A stretch of 64,000 nt of DNA from positions 68,938 to 132,937 of the forward strand of contig JAKSOL010000005.1 of the NCBI GenBank assembly GCA_024405635.1. The letters run 5' to 3'. The DNA comes from Salinivirgaceae bacterium (lineage in GTDB: Bacteria > Bacteroidota > Bacteroidia > Bacteroidales > SZUA-534). Both the position numbers and the translations under genes were made by a program. Under the pieces are notes generated by a model, which saw nothing but the letters and a program-made list of their open reading frames with translations, ran no database searches and had not been told where the DNA came from. Below, in pieces: positions 51,390 through 60,816 of the stretch; position 1 is the first letter of the stretch, and every line of letters starts with the position of its first letter.

Positions 51390-52633
51390 CAAAATTGGCA
51401 GTTATTGCATTGATTGCCTTGGTTGGCAATGCCAATGCACAAAACAACACCATATCGCCATACTCGCGTTTGGGTTTGGGACAATATGAACCTGTTGGCT
51501 TTGCACGAAATTTAGGTATGGGTAACACTGGCGTTGCTTTGCGCTCGCCTTCGTTTGTTAACATTGTAAACCCAGCCTCGTATGTTGGCATCGACTCAAC
51601 AATGGTTATGCTTGATATTGGTATGCATGCCGACTACCAATACATTGAAACTAAACTTGATACCGGCGACAAACTAAACGGAAACATTTCTTACTTCTCC
51701 ATTGCAATGTCAGTAAGTTCAAAATGGGCACTCAACTTTGCCATTTCGCCTTACTCAAGCACTGGCTACACAATAAAAACAACCGAAAATGTATCGGGCG
51801 GTGGCGATGCTACTTACACCTCGTTTACCGAAGGTTTGGGCGGACTAACACGCATGCATTTAGGTGTTGGCTACAAACTACTGAAATACACTTCGATTGG
51901 CATGAATGCAACTATTTTATTCGGCCCTAAAACCGAACGCCAATCGATGCAATTCACTAACAGCGACCCATTTTCTACCTACACCGAAGTTACCAACTAC
52001 AACACTGGAGGCAAACTCGACTTTGGCATTCAACAAGAAATTCCTCTAAAAAAGAGCGACGACAAACTTGTGATTGGACTTATTGCTAGCACTCCGGGCA
52101 TAATGTATTGCAACGAAACTCGTTTTGCCTCGGTAACATACGTTAAAGCTGGCATTACCGACACCATTTATTACGACGACGACGATGGCCGCCGTTACAC
52201 CAGATTACCTTATACTGCAGGATTTGGATTGTCATACAACAAAGGAAAAAGATTGACCATTTCGGCCGACTTTAATTACAATCCTTTGTCGAAACTTGAC
52301 ATGAAAGAAGACCGCACAAAATTCCTTGATAACAAGACTGTTAACTTTGGTGTTGAGTATTGCCCTCACCGATTTGGCGAAAAATACGAACTGGCTTTCC
52401 GCGGCGGTTTAGCTTACGAAAACGGTTGCTATCAGTTTGATAACTTTAGGCTGCGTACTTATTCCGCTACAATGGGCGCTGGCTGCAGAATAAAATCGAT
52501 ACGATTAAACTCGTACATTGCTTGGCGCAGACAAGGAACAATTGAAAACCTACTTGTTCTTGAAAACTCGATGCAATTTGGTATAAACCTTACTTACATC
52601 GACTTCTGGTTCCAAAAACGCAGATTCAACTAA
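51377..52633 (+). CDS. Outer-membrane beta-barrel protein (FadL/OmpP1-like)
   Basis: Signal peptide ANA-Q, SPYSRLGLG, MGNTG...NPAS, C-terminal WF.KR.F. Confidence 0.78.
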   Translation: MRRLTKLAVIALIALVGNANAQNNTISPYSRLGLGQYEPVGFARNLGMGNTGVALRSPSFVNIVNPASYVGIDSTMVMLDIGMHADYQYIETKLDTGDKLNGNISYFSIAMSVSSKWALNFAISPYSSTGYTIKTTENVSGGGDATYTSFTEGLGGLTRMHLGVGYKLLKYTSIGMNATILFGPKTERQSMQFTNSDPFSTYTEVTNYNTGGKLDFGIQQEIPLKKSDDKLVIGLIASTPGIMYCNETRFASVTYVKAGITDTIYYDDDDGRRYTRLPYTAGFGLSYNKGKRLTISADFNYNPLSKLDMKEDRTKFLDNKTVNFGVEYCPHRFGEKYELAFRGGLAYENGCYQFDNFRLRTYSATMGAGCRIKSIRLNSYIAWRRQGTIENLLVLENSMQFGINLTYIDFWFQKRRFN

Positions 52634-52634
52634 C

Positions 52635-53234
52635 ATGCTTGAACTGAAATACAGCACCGCAACCTACGAAGCTGGTTGCGACGAGGCTGGGCGCGGATGC
52701 TTGGCTGGTCCTGTGTTTGCCGCGGCTGTTATTTTGCCCAACAACTTTAACAACCAACTGATTAACGACTCTAAACAGCTATCGGAAAAGAAACGTTATC
52801 AGTTGCGCGAAATAATTGAAAACGAAGCTCTTGCTTGGGCTGTTGCTAGTGTTTCGGCCGAAGAAATTGACAAAATAAACATTTTGAACGCTTCAATTTT
52901 GGCCATGCACCGTGCTCTTGACCAACTTACGCCCAAACCCGATTTTGTGATTGTTGACGGAAACCGTTTCAAACCTTGGAACGATGTGCAACATAGCACA
53001 ATTGTTAAAGGCGACGGGAAATATATGGCAATTGCAGCCGCCTCTATTTTAGCAAAAACCTACCGCGACGACTATATGTGCAAATTGGCCGAAGAGTTTC
53101 CGCAATATAACTGGCAAAAAAACAAAGCCTACCCCACAACCGACCACCGCGCGGCTATAAAACAATACGGACCTTGCATTTATCACCGCCGCTCGTTTCG
53201 TTTACTTAACGAGCAGTTGAGTTTCGATTTTTAA
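52635..53234 (+). CDS. rnhB: Ribonuclease HII
   Basis: GCDEAGRG.LAGPV, DSK, VDGN, KGD and IAAASILAK. Confidence 0.96.
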   Translation: MLELKYSTATYEAGCDEAGRGCLAGPVFAAAVILPNNFNNQLINDSKQLSEKKRYQLREIIENEALAWAVASVSAEEIDKINILNASILAMHRALDQLTPKPDFVIVDGNRFKPWNDVQHSTIVKGDGKYMAIAAASILAKTYRDDYMCKLAEEFPQYNWQKNKAYPTTDHRAAIKQYGPCIYHRRSFRLLNEQLSFDF

Positions 53235-53601
53235 TTGCGCACTTGTGCATTAATCAAAAACCCGATACTTTAGATCATTAATACTTCTACTAAACTGGAA
53301 GTTAATCAGTTACAAGCAAGTGGAATTTTGGAAACTAACCTGCAATGTGTTTTTTTCGCTCTTCGCAGCAAAATTGTTCGCAATACTTAATTGTCTATCA
53401 TTCAATTAAATATGCAAGATTCCATTCGTTTTATGAATAACTTTTTTTTCAATTTTTATTAATGCACAACGGGAGTGATATATGCAGCATTGGTCATCAC
53501 ACATTTTTAGCATAAAGCCTAATCAACAAAAAAGCCATAGCAAAACACAAATGCAAACCGTTTTTTTCAATACATTCGCGCCGTTAAAACGCAACAAAAC
53601 A

Positions 53602-53649
53602 ATGACACGATTTTTCACACACTTCTTTTTCTTCTTTACCCAACAGTAG
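53602..53649 (+). CDS. Phenylalanine leader peptide (PheL-like), 15 aa
   Basis: ATG ACA CGA TTT TTC ACA CAC TTC TTT TTC TTC TTT ACC CAA CAG TAG = MTRFFTHFFFFFTQQ*, 7 Phe codons, upstream of pheA. Confidence 0.9.
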   Translation: MTRFFTHFFFFFTQQ

Positions 53650-53713
53650 AGCGGGATTTGACGTGTGTTAACAAGATATCGAATCCCGCTCAAAAGGCGG
53701 GATTTTTTGTTTT
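53649..53713 (+). promoter_or_regulatory. Transcription attenuator (antiterminator/terminator) of pheA
   Basis: AATCCCGCT(C) at 53682-53691 can pair with GAGCGGGATT at 53649-53658 (antiterminator) or with GGCGGGATT at 53696-53704, which is followed by a T-tract (terminator). Confidence 0.88.
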
Positions 53714-53748
53714 GGTGTACAAAAAGTTTGAAGTAATTATCACTAAAT

Positions 53749-54591
53749 ATGAAACGAATTGTTATTCAAGGAATTAAGGGCTCGTTCCACGACATTGCAG
53801 CCCACAAATATTTTGAAAACGAAGACATTGAGATTGTTGCTTGCGACACCTTTCCAAAAGTGTTTAATAAACTAAAAAACGACAATAGCGCACTTGGTCT
53901 TGTAGCCATTGAAAACACCATTGCCGGCAGTTTGCTTCAAAACTACAACCTGCTAACCAACAGCGGTTTGCGCATTGTTGGCGAGCACAAACTTCGCATA
54001 AAACACAACCTTGTAGCCAAAGCAGGTCAAAAGTTGAGCGACATTACCGAAGTGTACTCGCATCCTATTGCTTTGATGCAGTGTGGCGAGTTTCTTGACG
54101 ACCACACCAACCTTAAAGCCATTGAGTACAACGACACCGCATCGAGTGCAAAAATGATTGCCGAAACCAATAGTCTTGGCAAAGCTGCCATTTGCGGCGA
54201 AGAGGCTGCTAAATTGTATGGGCTTGAAATACTTGAACGTGGTATTGAAACCAACAAACACAACTTTACACGTTTTCTTTTGTTGAGCGACCCATGGATG
54301 ACAGAGGAAATGACCAAAGGCAAAAACATAAACAAAGCCACATTGGTTCTTGTTTTGCCTCACGAAGAAGGTTCGCTTGCTCAAATTTTGTCGGTATTAT
54401 CGTACTACAAAATGAACTTAACCAAAATTCAGTCCATGCCTATTATTGGTCGCGAGTGGGAATATCAGTTTTACGTTGACTTAAAGTTTGACAGCTATTT
54501 GCGCTACAAACAATCGATAGACGCAGTTACTCCACTCACCAAAGAGTTGCGCATTATGGGCGAGTACGAAGAAGGTAAACAAACCGTGTAA
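53749..54591 (+). CDS. pheA: Prephenate dehydratase (PDT + ACT)
   Basis: QGIKGSFH, IENTIAG, SHPIALMQC, NFTRF and NLTKIQSMP. Confidence 0.95.
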   Translation: MKRIVIQGIKGSFHDIAAHKYFENEDIEIVACDTFPKVFNKLKNDNSALGLVAIENTIAGSLLQNYNLLTNSGLRIVGEHKLRIKHNLVAKAGQKLSDITEVYSHPIALMQCGEFLDDHTNLKAIEYNDTASSAKMIAETNSLGKAAICGEEAAKLYGLEILERGIETNKHNFTRFLLLSDPWMTEEMTKGKNINKATLVLVLPHEEGSLAQILSVLSYYKMNLTKIQSMPIIGREWEYQFYVDLKFDSYLRYKQSIDAVTPLTKELRIMGEYEEGKQTV

Positions 54592-54612
54592 CTGGTTATT
54601 ATTTAACCATAT

Positions 54613-54650
54613 AAAAAAAGTGTCGGGCTAAAAACTCGGCACTTTTTTTT
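54613..54650. terminator. Bidirectional terminator between pheA and the C25 peptidase gene
   Basis: AAAAAAAGTGTCGGG...CTCGGCACTTTTTTTT. Confidence 0.8.
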
Positions 54651-54672
54651 ATTGTCAAAAACTCAATCATTT

Positions 54673-57600
54673 TCATCGCACTATAATCAACCGCCCTACA
54701 CCGTTGTTTAAATTACGGTCGGCAGGTGATGCTTTTCGTGGCAATTCTACCCCATTTACTTTTGCTATCACCCTAAACATGTAAACACCACTAGGCAACA
54801 AGTTTCCGTAGTTATCGCGACCATCCCATGGGGCCGAAATGTTGTTGCCAAAGTTTATCCCGCCCAACTGTTTCACATCGATAGTGCGAACCACAAAACC
54901 ATAGCTATTCAAAATTTCGACCTTTAATTCATCGGGCAATTGCGAGCCGTTAATCTCAAATGCAAACCTAGCCGACTGGCTAAACGGATTGGGATAGCAC
55001 GCAAAGTTGCTTATACGGTTAACTGTTGTAACATTAAACGAAATAACGTAATCGTTGATGCCACTTTCGTTGCCCGATGCATCGTGTGCTCTAACCCGCA
55101 GCAAATACGCGCCATCGGTTTCAAAATTGGCATGGTAAACCACTTGCAACCTGCCTTCAGTTAGTGTAAACTCAACATTTTCGGCATCTAAATTCAGCCT
55201 TGTTTCTTCACCATTTGGCATTGTTAGGTAAACCGAAATAAACGAAGTATTGTCAAAAGGCAGATAGTTGTAATCGTCGGTTACACTTATTGTAATTGCA
55301 GTTTGTGCCGACACCATTTGTCCATCGGCAATATGTTGTCCGTCAAACGTAACATCGAGCAACGGGTTGCCGCTATCGGTGGTAACATAAAACACGTTTT
55401 GCAAGAAATTATTAAAGTGCGTTTGCTCTGGTTGGTCGTATGCCGATGCTCCAATGGGTTTGGGATTCAATTCGGCCCAAAAGAAGTTTACGCCTCGCAT
55501 GTTGGCAGTTGAAAACGACACTGTATCGGCAATCCATTCGCCCTTTTTCAATGGTTTTAGTTTATGATAGCCAACCTCAATCGTTTGATTATCGGCAGTT
55601 TGCACCCAATAGTGAACCAAAACGCTATCGGCATCAGATTGGCCAACATTTTCAAACGCCATTTCAACTTTTGCCCGTTGTCCTTGCCAAAGCGTATCAT
55701 TAGCAAAACTCCAAGCACGTAACAAATTAACCGACAAATCGGTGTATGGTTCGTACTGCACGCGCCAAAAATCGAGCTGCGATGGTGTATGGTTAACTGC
55801 ATCGCTTGTAACAAACTGCATTTTAAGTTGTGGATAATCGGCAACGGAGATTTGCGACAAATCGATATTGTTGCTGTACTCTTGATTAAACAATAGGGTT
55901 TCGGTTTCGTTTTTAACTCCATAAATAGTTAAGTAAGCGTCGTCGTATGAGTTTTCGGCCTCAACCGATTTGCTGCCCCATTGAATTGATTCCCAACTTT
56001 TTGCCGGACCAATAATTGGGCTTGTAATAACTCCGTAGTTGCTACTGCCTTTAAGTGTTACATAAAAATCAATTTCGCTATTATACGCCTCACCCACAAC
56101 CTCTTGCGCTTTTTCGGGATGACCTTTTTGTGTGAAAAATATGTACGGCGTGCGGTCGGGCATAGCTCGCAATTCGCTAGCTCCCCAACTTTCAAAGGCT
56201 TGATATATTTCTTCGCCCCACTGGGTATAATATCCGTTTATAAAGTCGTAAATGAGAATATAGTTGCCACTGGGAACATCGTTTTCAATAAAATCGACTA
56301 ACGAGGCTAAACTTTGGTCGCGCACACCATCGTTGATGCGAAAAATGTAATAATTCTCAGTGTTGCCAGTACAATTTGGGTAGTTATATTGCCCGTAATT
56401 AGCTCTACTTGAGCGCCATACATCGAGTGTTGCGCTATCGATAACTACCACCAAAAGTGCAGCCACAGCTCCACACGATGATGTGGCACCAATACCTTCA
56501 AGCGTGTAACCTACCGAAATGTAATTTGACGAGTTTGGTGCACCAACATTGTGGCAACGTAAAGTGCGGGCATTTTCCGTAAATTCAAATCGCTGGTTTG
56601 CGGTGTCAATACTGATAAACTGAAAATCGTTATCGTCAATTTGTTCAAATGCCGACTGCTCCCAACCTTGCATGCCGTTGCGATAAACAAACGAATTGAT
56701 AGTTTCAAAATCGTAGTCTTGCTCTTTTGCTCGCCAAAAATATGGCACGCCCTCGTCAAGGTTAAATTTTTCAGCATCAACATTCACCAAACCACCATCG
56801 GCGTTTATATTGCTATTAATCAGCAAATTGCCATTCATCTGCTCAGTTGTATCAACTTGAAGTTGCAACTTAACCTTTTGTCCAATCGTTGGAGTTGAAA
56901 CGCGAAGCACGTCAGGTTTTGCTGGCAACAAAGCATAGTTGTACGGATCGATTAACGACACCGACGATGGCGACACATAAACCGAAACCGAAGCTGTGTT
57001 GTTGCTTTCGTCAAGTTCTTCAACTTGGTTCATTGCATCGAGTTTAATGCTGAATGTGTTTACTCCTGCGCCCTTTAAACTATTTGTGGCAACATAAAAG
57101 CGAATGTTTTGAGTGTAATTAAGTTGATTAACAACGGTTTGGTACGTTTGAACTTCGCCGTTGGCAAAAGTGCGTTTTAGTTCAACCACAAAATCGGAAG
57201 TAACCGACCTACCAATGTTACGCAGTTGATAATCGACCACAATGGTATCGACTGCAGTTGACAAAACCGAAGGCTGAAAGTTAAAGTCGGTCACCGAAGC
57301 TTGCAAATCGCTCTTTTTGGGGCTATTAAGCACAACACAAGGGTCGCCATGAAGCAGCATTTCGCGTGCTGTGTTGAACACATTTACGCTGCCGCCACTG
57401 GATTCAAGAGCATTTATGGCGTGGCGAATAACGTTGCCAATAGGCTCGCCATACGACTTGTTGGCCAATTGCGTGTAGAATTCTGTTGAAAAGCCATTCA
57501 AATAAGTTGGCACGCCCTCGCCCGAACTTGCCAAAAAACCAATAGCTCCGCAGTTTGGGGTCATTATCCAAACCTCGCTTGTGCTGTTGTTGCTGGTTAT

Positions 57601-59532
57601 GAATATGTTACCAGTGTAGCACGAGTTTGACAATATAAACGGGTATCGACCTTTGTTGCTGTAAGCTGTTGGGCTGTCAATGTCTTGGTCAAAACCGTAA
57701 GTTGACGAACCGTGACCGAAAAAAGTCATTAGCGACACTCCCCGATTTATCATGCGGGTAACGCTATCGGTTCGCGATGTTGCAATAGGATCTGACGTTT
57801 GTTTGTAAAACGAACTCACTTGAGCGCCAAAAAGCGAATCAGAAATAATTTCTTTGTATAAGTTAAGGTATAGCTTAAAAATTGTTTGCTCAACAACGGT
57901 TTTGCCGCCACCAAAATGAATAACTTGTTTCATCCACTCGGCAGGCTCATTTTGCTCAAACTCGCGCACTTTGTCAAGGTAATCGGCCACTTGCTTATTT
58001 GTTGTAGCGGCCAATCGGCCAGTTGCCAACGCTGGCGACTGCGGAAAATTGGGGTCAAGACCTATTGTAAGCAACGCATCAGAAGGAGGATTACCAACCG
58101 CTGGCACTAAGCAATTGTTGTATAAAGTAGCGTTGTTTCGGGTTGAATTTGAAGCAATTCCTTTGCCTATAATAAAGAGATACTCGGGTTTAGTGCTCCA
58201 TTGGTTAAGCGCATATTGCACAAACTTTTTTATTGCCAACGGATGCTTTTGAATTCCGTATGCAAATTGGTCATAAAGCTCCTGAATGTCAACATAATAA
58301 GCATCGCGATAATTGGCATAATTTTTTGCTTGAGCTTGCAACTGTTTGTGCGACAACACAATTACTTTTTTTCCCGATACTTTGTGGTTTGTAAATGAAG
58401 TTTTGGTAATGTAGGCCGGTGCAAGCAATCCCGCATTATTCACCACCAAAAGATTCACCGCAGTGTCGGTAGCTGGCACTTGAACTTGCGAACCACCATT
58501 AACCTCAATGCGCAACCCTCTACTTAAATCGTAAAGCAAAGTTGCGTTACTCACGCCACTAATTTTTAAATGCGACACGGTATCGCACGCTGGCAATATA
58601 AATGCCTGACTATTTGAATTTTCAAACGAAAAAGTTGACGGATATTTTACTCGCAGATAAGCCATTCGCGAATAATCGGTAGCCGCCTCTTGGTCGTTTA
58701 TGCTTGACACTGAAAAAGTTGTGTTTATTCCTTTGCTTGGTGCTGTGGCACAACACTTTATTGTTTTAAGTCCTGAAAAAACTGTATCGACATTAAAACC
58801 CAAACCTGTTATTTGCAAATGGTGCTTTTGTGTTGAATAGGTTCCAAGCGACATTTCGCTTTCAACCATCAGAGTTTCAGACTGATATAGCGAGTTCATT
58901 GTTGGTCGTTTTGAAACAGTAGCACCAAGCGCAAGTGCGGTATTATCAAACCAACCTTCGGCCTCACCGTAGCCACATTGCCCGTCGCCGTTAAGGTATG
59001 TTGCAACGTAGTTCAGCTGGCTCACTCTGTAGCAATAATCGCGCAGTTTGGCGCTTGCAACCTCAACCGATTGCAGTTGTTTTAAACGTTTGTTGCTAAA
59101 CTTGTTATTCCAAGTAATAAAAACAGCGGCAGTATCGTTAATCAAACTATAATACGGATTAGCTTGATTTTCAGCATTATCAAACAATTCGGCATCAAAC
59201 CAACCGCTATTACTTTCGGCATAAAACTCAATATAATCTATCAACCCGGCCGACTCGCCAGCTACGTAACAAGGAATTTCTTTTCCGTTTTGAAAAATCT
59301 GCAAATTCTGCGGTTGATGATCGTCGATTGGCACACCAGCGTTAGCCAATTGCGCACGCGTTATGCGGTAAACACCAGTTTGCACAATGCCAACCCTGTA
59401 ATATGGCTGCGAATAATCGATCCACGAGTTTGCAAACTGCTGAGCATCAGCACTCAATGCGCACGCAAAAAAAGCCAACACAATGGCGCACACCTTGGCA
59501 GTTAGTATTTTTTGTTGGTTTCGATTAGCCAC
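54673..59532 (-). CDS. C25 (gingipain-like) cysteine peptidase with Ig/CARDB-like domains and T9SS CTD (PorU-like)
   Basis: Signal peptide ADA-Q, LYDQF.YG, ATGRL, catalytic FFGHG and SNSC, LHGDP, VEELDESNN; CTD YPNPF...WDGRD..G..LPSGVY. Confidence 0.88.
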   Translation of the reverse strand: MANRNQQKILTAKVCAIVLAFFACALSADAQQFANSWIDYSQPYYRVGIVQTGVYRITRAQLANAGVPIDDHQPQNLQIFQNGKEIPCYVAGESAGLIDYIEFYAESNSGWFDAELFDNAENQANPYYSLINDTAAVFITWNNKFSNKRLKQLQSVEVASAKLRDYCYRVSQLNYVATYLNGDGQCGYGEAEGWFDNTALALGATVSKRPTMNSLYQSETLMVESEMSLGTYSTQKHHLQITGLGFNVDTVFSGLKTIKCCATAPSKGINTTFSVSSINDQEAATDYSRMAYLRVKYPSTFSFENSNSQAFILPACDTVSHLKISGVSNATLLYDLSRGLRIEVNGGSQVQVPATDTAVNLLVVNNAGLLAPAYITKTSFTNHKVSGKKVIVLSHKQLQAQAKNYANYRDAYYVDIQELYDQFAYGIQKHPLAIKKFVQYALNQWSTKPEYLFIIGKGIASNSTRNNATLYNNCLVPAVGNPPSDALLTIGLDPNFPQSPALATGRLAATTNKQVADYLDKVREFEQNEPAEWMKQVIHFGGGKTVVEQTIFKLYLNLYKEIISDSLFGAQVSSFYKQTSDPIATSRTDSVTRMINRGVSLMTFFGHGSSTYGFDQDIDSPTAYSNKGRYPFILSNSCYTGNIFITSNNSTSEVWIMTPNCGAIGFLASSGEGVPTYLNGFSTEFYTQLANKSYGEPIGNVIRHAINALESSGGSVNVFNTAREMLLHGDPCVVLNSPKKSDLQASVTDFNFQPSVLSTAVDTIVVDYQLRNIGRSVTSDFVVELKRTFANGEVQTYQTVVNQLNYTQNIRFYVATNSLKGAGVNTFSIKLDAMNQVEELDESNNTASVSVYVSPSSVSLIDPYNYALLPAKPDVLRVSTPTIGQKVKLQLQVDTTEQMNGNLLINSNINADGGLVNVDAEKFNLDEGVPYFWRAKEQDYDFETINSFVYRNGMQGWEQSAFEQIDDNDFQFISIDTANQRFEFTENARTLRCHNVGAPNSSNYISVGYTLEGIGATSSCGAVAALLVVVIDSATLDVWRSSRANYGQYNYPNCTGNTENYYIFRINDGVRDQSLASLVDFIENDVPSGNYILIYDFINGYYTQWGEEIYQAFESWGASELRAMPDRTPYIFFTQKGHPEKAQEVVGEAYNSEIDFYVTLKGSSNYGVITSPIIGPAKSWESIQWGSKSVEAENSYDDAYLTIYGVKNETETLLFNQEYSNNIDLSQISVADYPQLKMQFVTSDAVNHTPSQLDFWRVQYEPYTDLSVNLLRAWSFANDTLWQGQRAKVEMAFENVGQSDADSVLVHYWVQTADNQTIEVGYHKLKPLKKGEWIADTVSFSTANMRGVNFFWAELNPKPIGASAYDQPEQTHFNNFLQNVFYVTTDSGNPLLDVTFDGQHIADGQMVSAQTAITISVTDDYNYLPFDNTSFISVYLTMPNGEETRLNLDAENVEFTLTEGRLQVVYHANFETDGAYLLRVRAHDASGNESGINDYVISFNVTTVNRISNFACYPNPFSQSARFAFEINGSQLPDELKVEILNSYGFVVRTIDVKQLGGINFGNNISAPWDGRDNYGNLLPSGVYMFRVIAKVNGVELPRKASPADRNLNNGVGRLIIVR

Positions 59533-59546
59533 GTCTTTTTAATTCT

Positions 59547-59563
59547 TACTTTTGCCAAAGTTA
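59547..59563. promoter_or_regulatory. Face-to-face -7 promoter elements for pssA (+) and the C25 peptidase (-)
   Basis: TACTTTTG (59547-59554, +) and TAACTTTG (59556-59563, -) separated by 1 bp. Confidence 0.55.
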
Positions 59564-59582
59564 TCCGTTTATACAATATAAA

Positions 59583-60305
59583 ATGCAAGGAAAATCAGCC
59601 CTTTCAGCCACCCCAAACACAATTACATTGCTCAATGCAATTTCGGGATGCATTTCAATAACATTCGCTTTTGAAGGAAATTTAAAGTTGGCAGGCATCT
59701 TTATTTTAATTGCCGCAGTATTTGACTTTTTCGACGGTATGGTTGCACGTCTGCTACATGTTTCATCAAACATTGGCAAAGAACTCGACTCATTGTCAGA
59801 CGCCATAAGTTTTGGCGTAGCACCATCGGTTATTGCATCTATTTTGGTTCGCAATGCATTGGGTATCAACAAACTTGGCAATGCCGAACCGCTGCAAATT
59901 GTAGCATGTTTATTGCCCTTTATTATGGCAGCATTGTCAAACTTGCGACTAGCAAAATTCAACCTCGATGAGCGCCAAACCGACAAGTTTATTGGCCTAC
60001 CAACCCCAGCCAACGCAATGGTTTGGGCATCGCTTCCATTTGTTGATGCCAACAACTTTGCATTTGCATTTAAACCCGAAGTAATTATAACACTGTCGTT
60101 TGTTCTTGGTATTTTATTGGTAGTTGAGTTGCCACTTTTTGCAATGAAAGTGAAGACTTTAAGTTGGTCAGCCAACAAAATACGCTACATATTTTTGGCA
60201 ATCAGCATTGTGCTAATAGCATGTTTCAAAATGATTTCCATTCCGCTAATCATTTTAACCTACGTACTATTGTCAATTGCCAACAACTTATTTTCAAAAC
60301 AATAA
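59583..60305 (+). CDS. pssA: CDP-diacylglycerol--serine O-phosphatidyltransferase
   Basis: PNTITLLN, DFFDGMVAR...GKELDSLSDAISFG, RLAKFN and FIGLPTP. Confidence 0.92.
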   Translation: MQGKSALSATPNTITLLNAISGCISITFAFEGNLKLAGIFILIAAVFDFFDGMVARLLHVSSNIGKELDSLSDAISFGVAPSVIASILVRNALGINKLGNAEPLQIVACLLPFIMAALSNLRLAKFNLDERQTDKFIGLPTPANAMVWASLPFVDANNFAFAFKPEVIITLSFVLGILLVVELPLFAMKVKTLSWSANKIRYIFLAISIVLIACFKMISIPLIILTYVLLSIANNLFSKQ

Positions 60306-60324
60306 CCACTAAAACCAGCCAACT

Positions 60325-60813
60325 ATGGCAGATAAAATAGCCGTTTTTCCAGGGTCGTTCGATCCATTTACACTAGGTCACTACTCGGTTGTAACTCGAG
60401 CACTGCCGCTATTTGATACTATAATTATAGCCATTGGTACCAACACCGCAAAAAACTGCTTTTTCAACATCGACGAGCGCATTGAACTAATTGAAGGCGT
60501 TTTTGCCAACAACAACAAAATAAAAGTTCAAGCATACGACGGCCTTACTGTTGATTTTTGCCGCGAAGTTGGCGCCACTTTTATGTTACGTGGCATCCGC
60601 ACTGTAACCGACTTTGAATACGAGTGTGCCATATCGCAAATGAACCAATTTATGCAACCTGGCATTGAAAGCATGTTTTTGCTCACCACTCCCGACCTTT
60701 CGCCAGTAAACTCAACAATTGTTCGCGACATTTTGCGTTATGGTGGCGACGTGAGCCAATTTGTGCCCGCAGGCATGGATATTGCTGGAGTTCTGTCAAG
60801 AAGAAAAAAGTGA
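60325..60813 (+). CDS. coaD: Pantetheine-phosphate adenylyltransferase
   Basis: FPGSFDPFTLGH and RGIR...DFEYE. Confidence 0.96.
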   Translation: MADKIAVFPGSFDPFTLGHYSVVTRALPLFDTIIIAIGTNTAKNCFFNIDERIELIEGVFANNNKIKVQAYDGLTVDFCREVGATFMLRGIRTVTDFEYECAISQMNQFMQPGIESMFLLTTPDLSPVNSTIVRDILRYGGDVSQFVPAGMDIAGVLSRRKK

Positions 60814-60816
60814 TTT

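Noticed and set aside
53235-53570. Long AT-rich intergenic region as an ncRNA or att site; loose TGAnnATCA-like words here and in other intergenic regions
   Set aside because: No stable structure or clear repeat, and the motif is too degenerate to support
59561-60178. 205-aa minus-strand ORF
   Set aside because: Antisense shadow of pssA with no recognisable motifs
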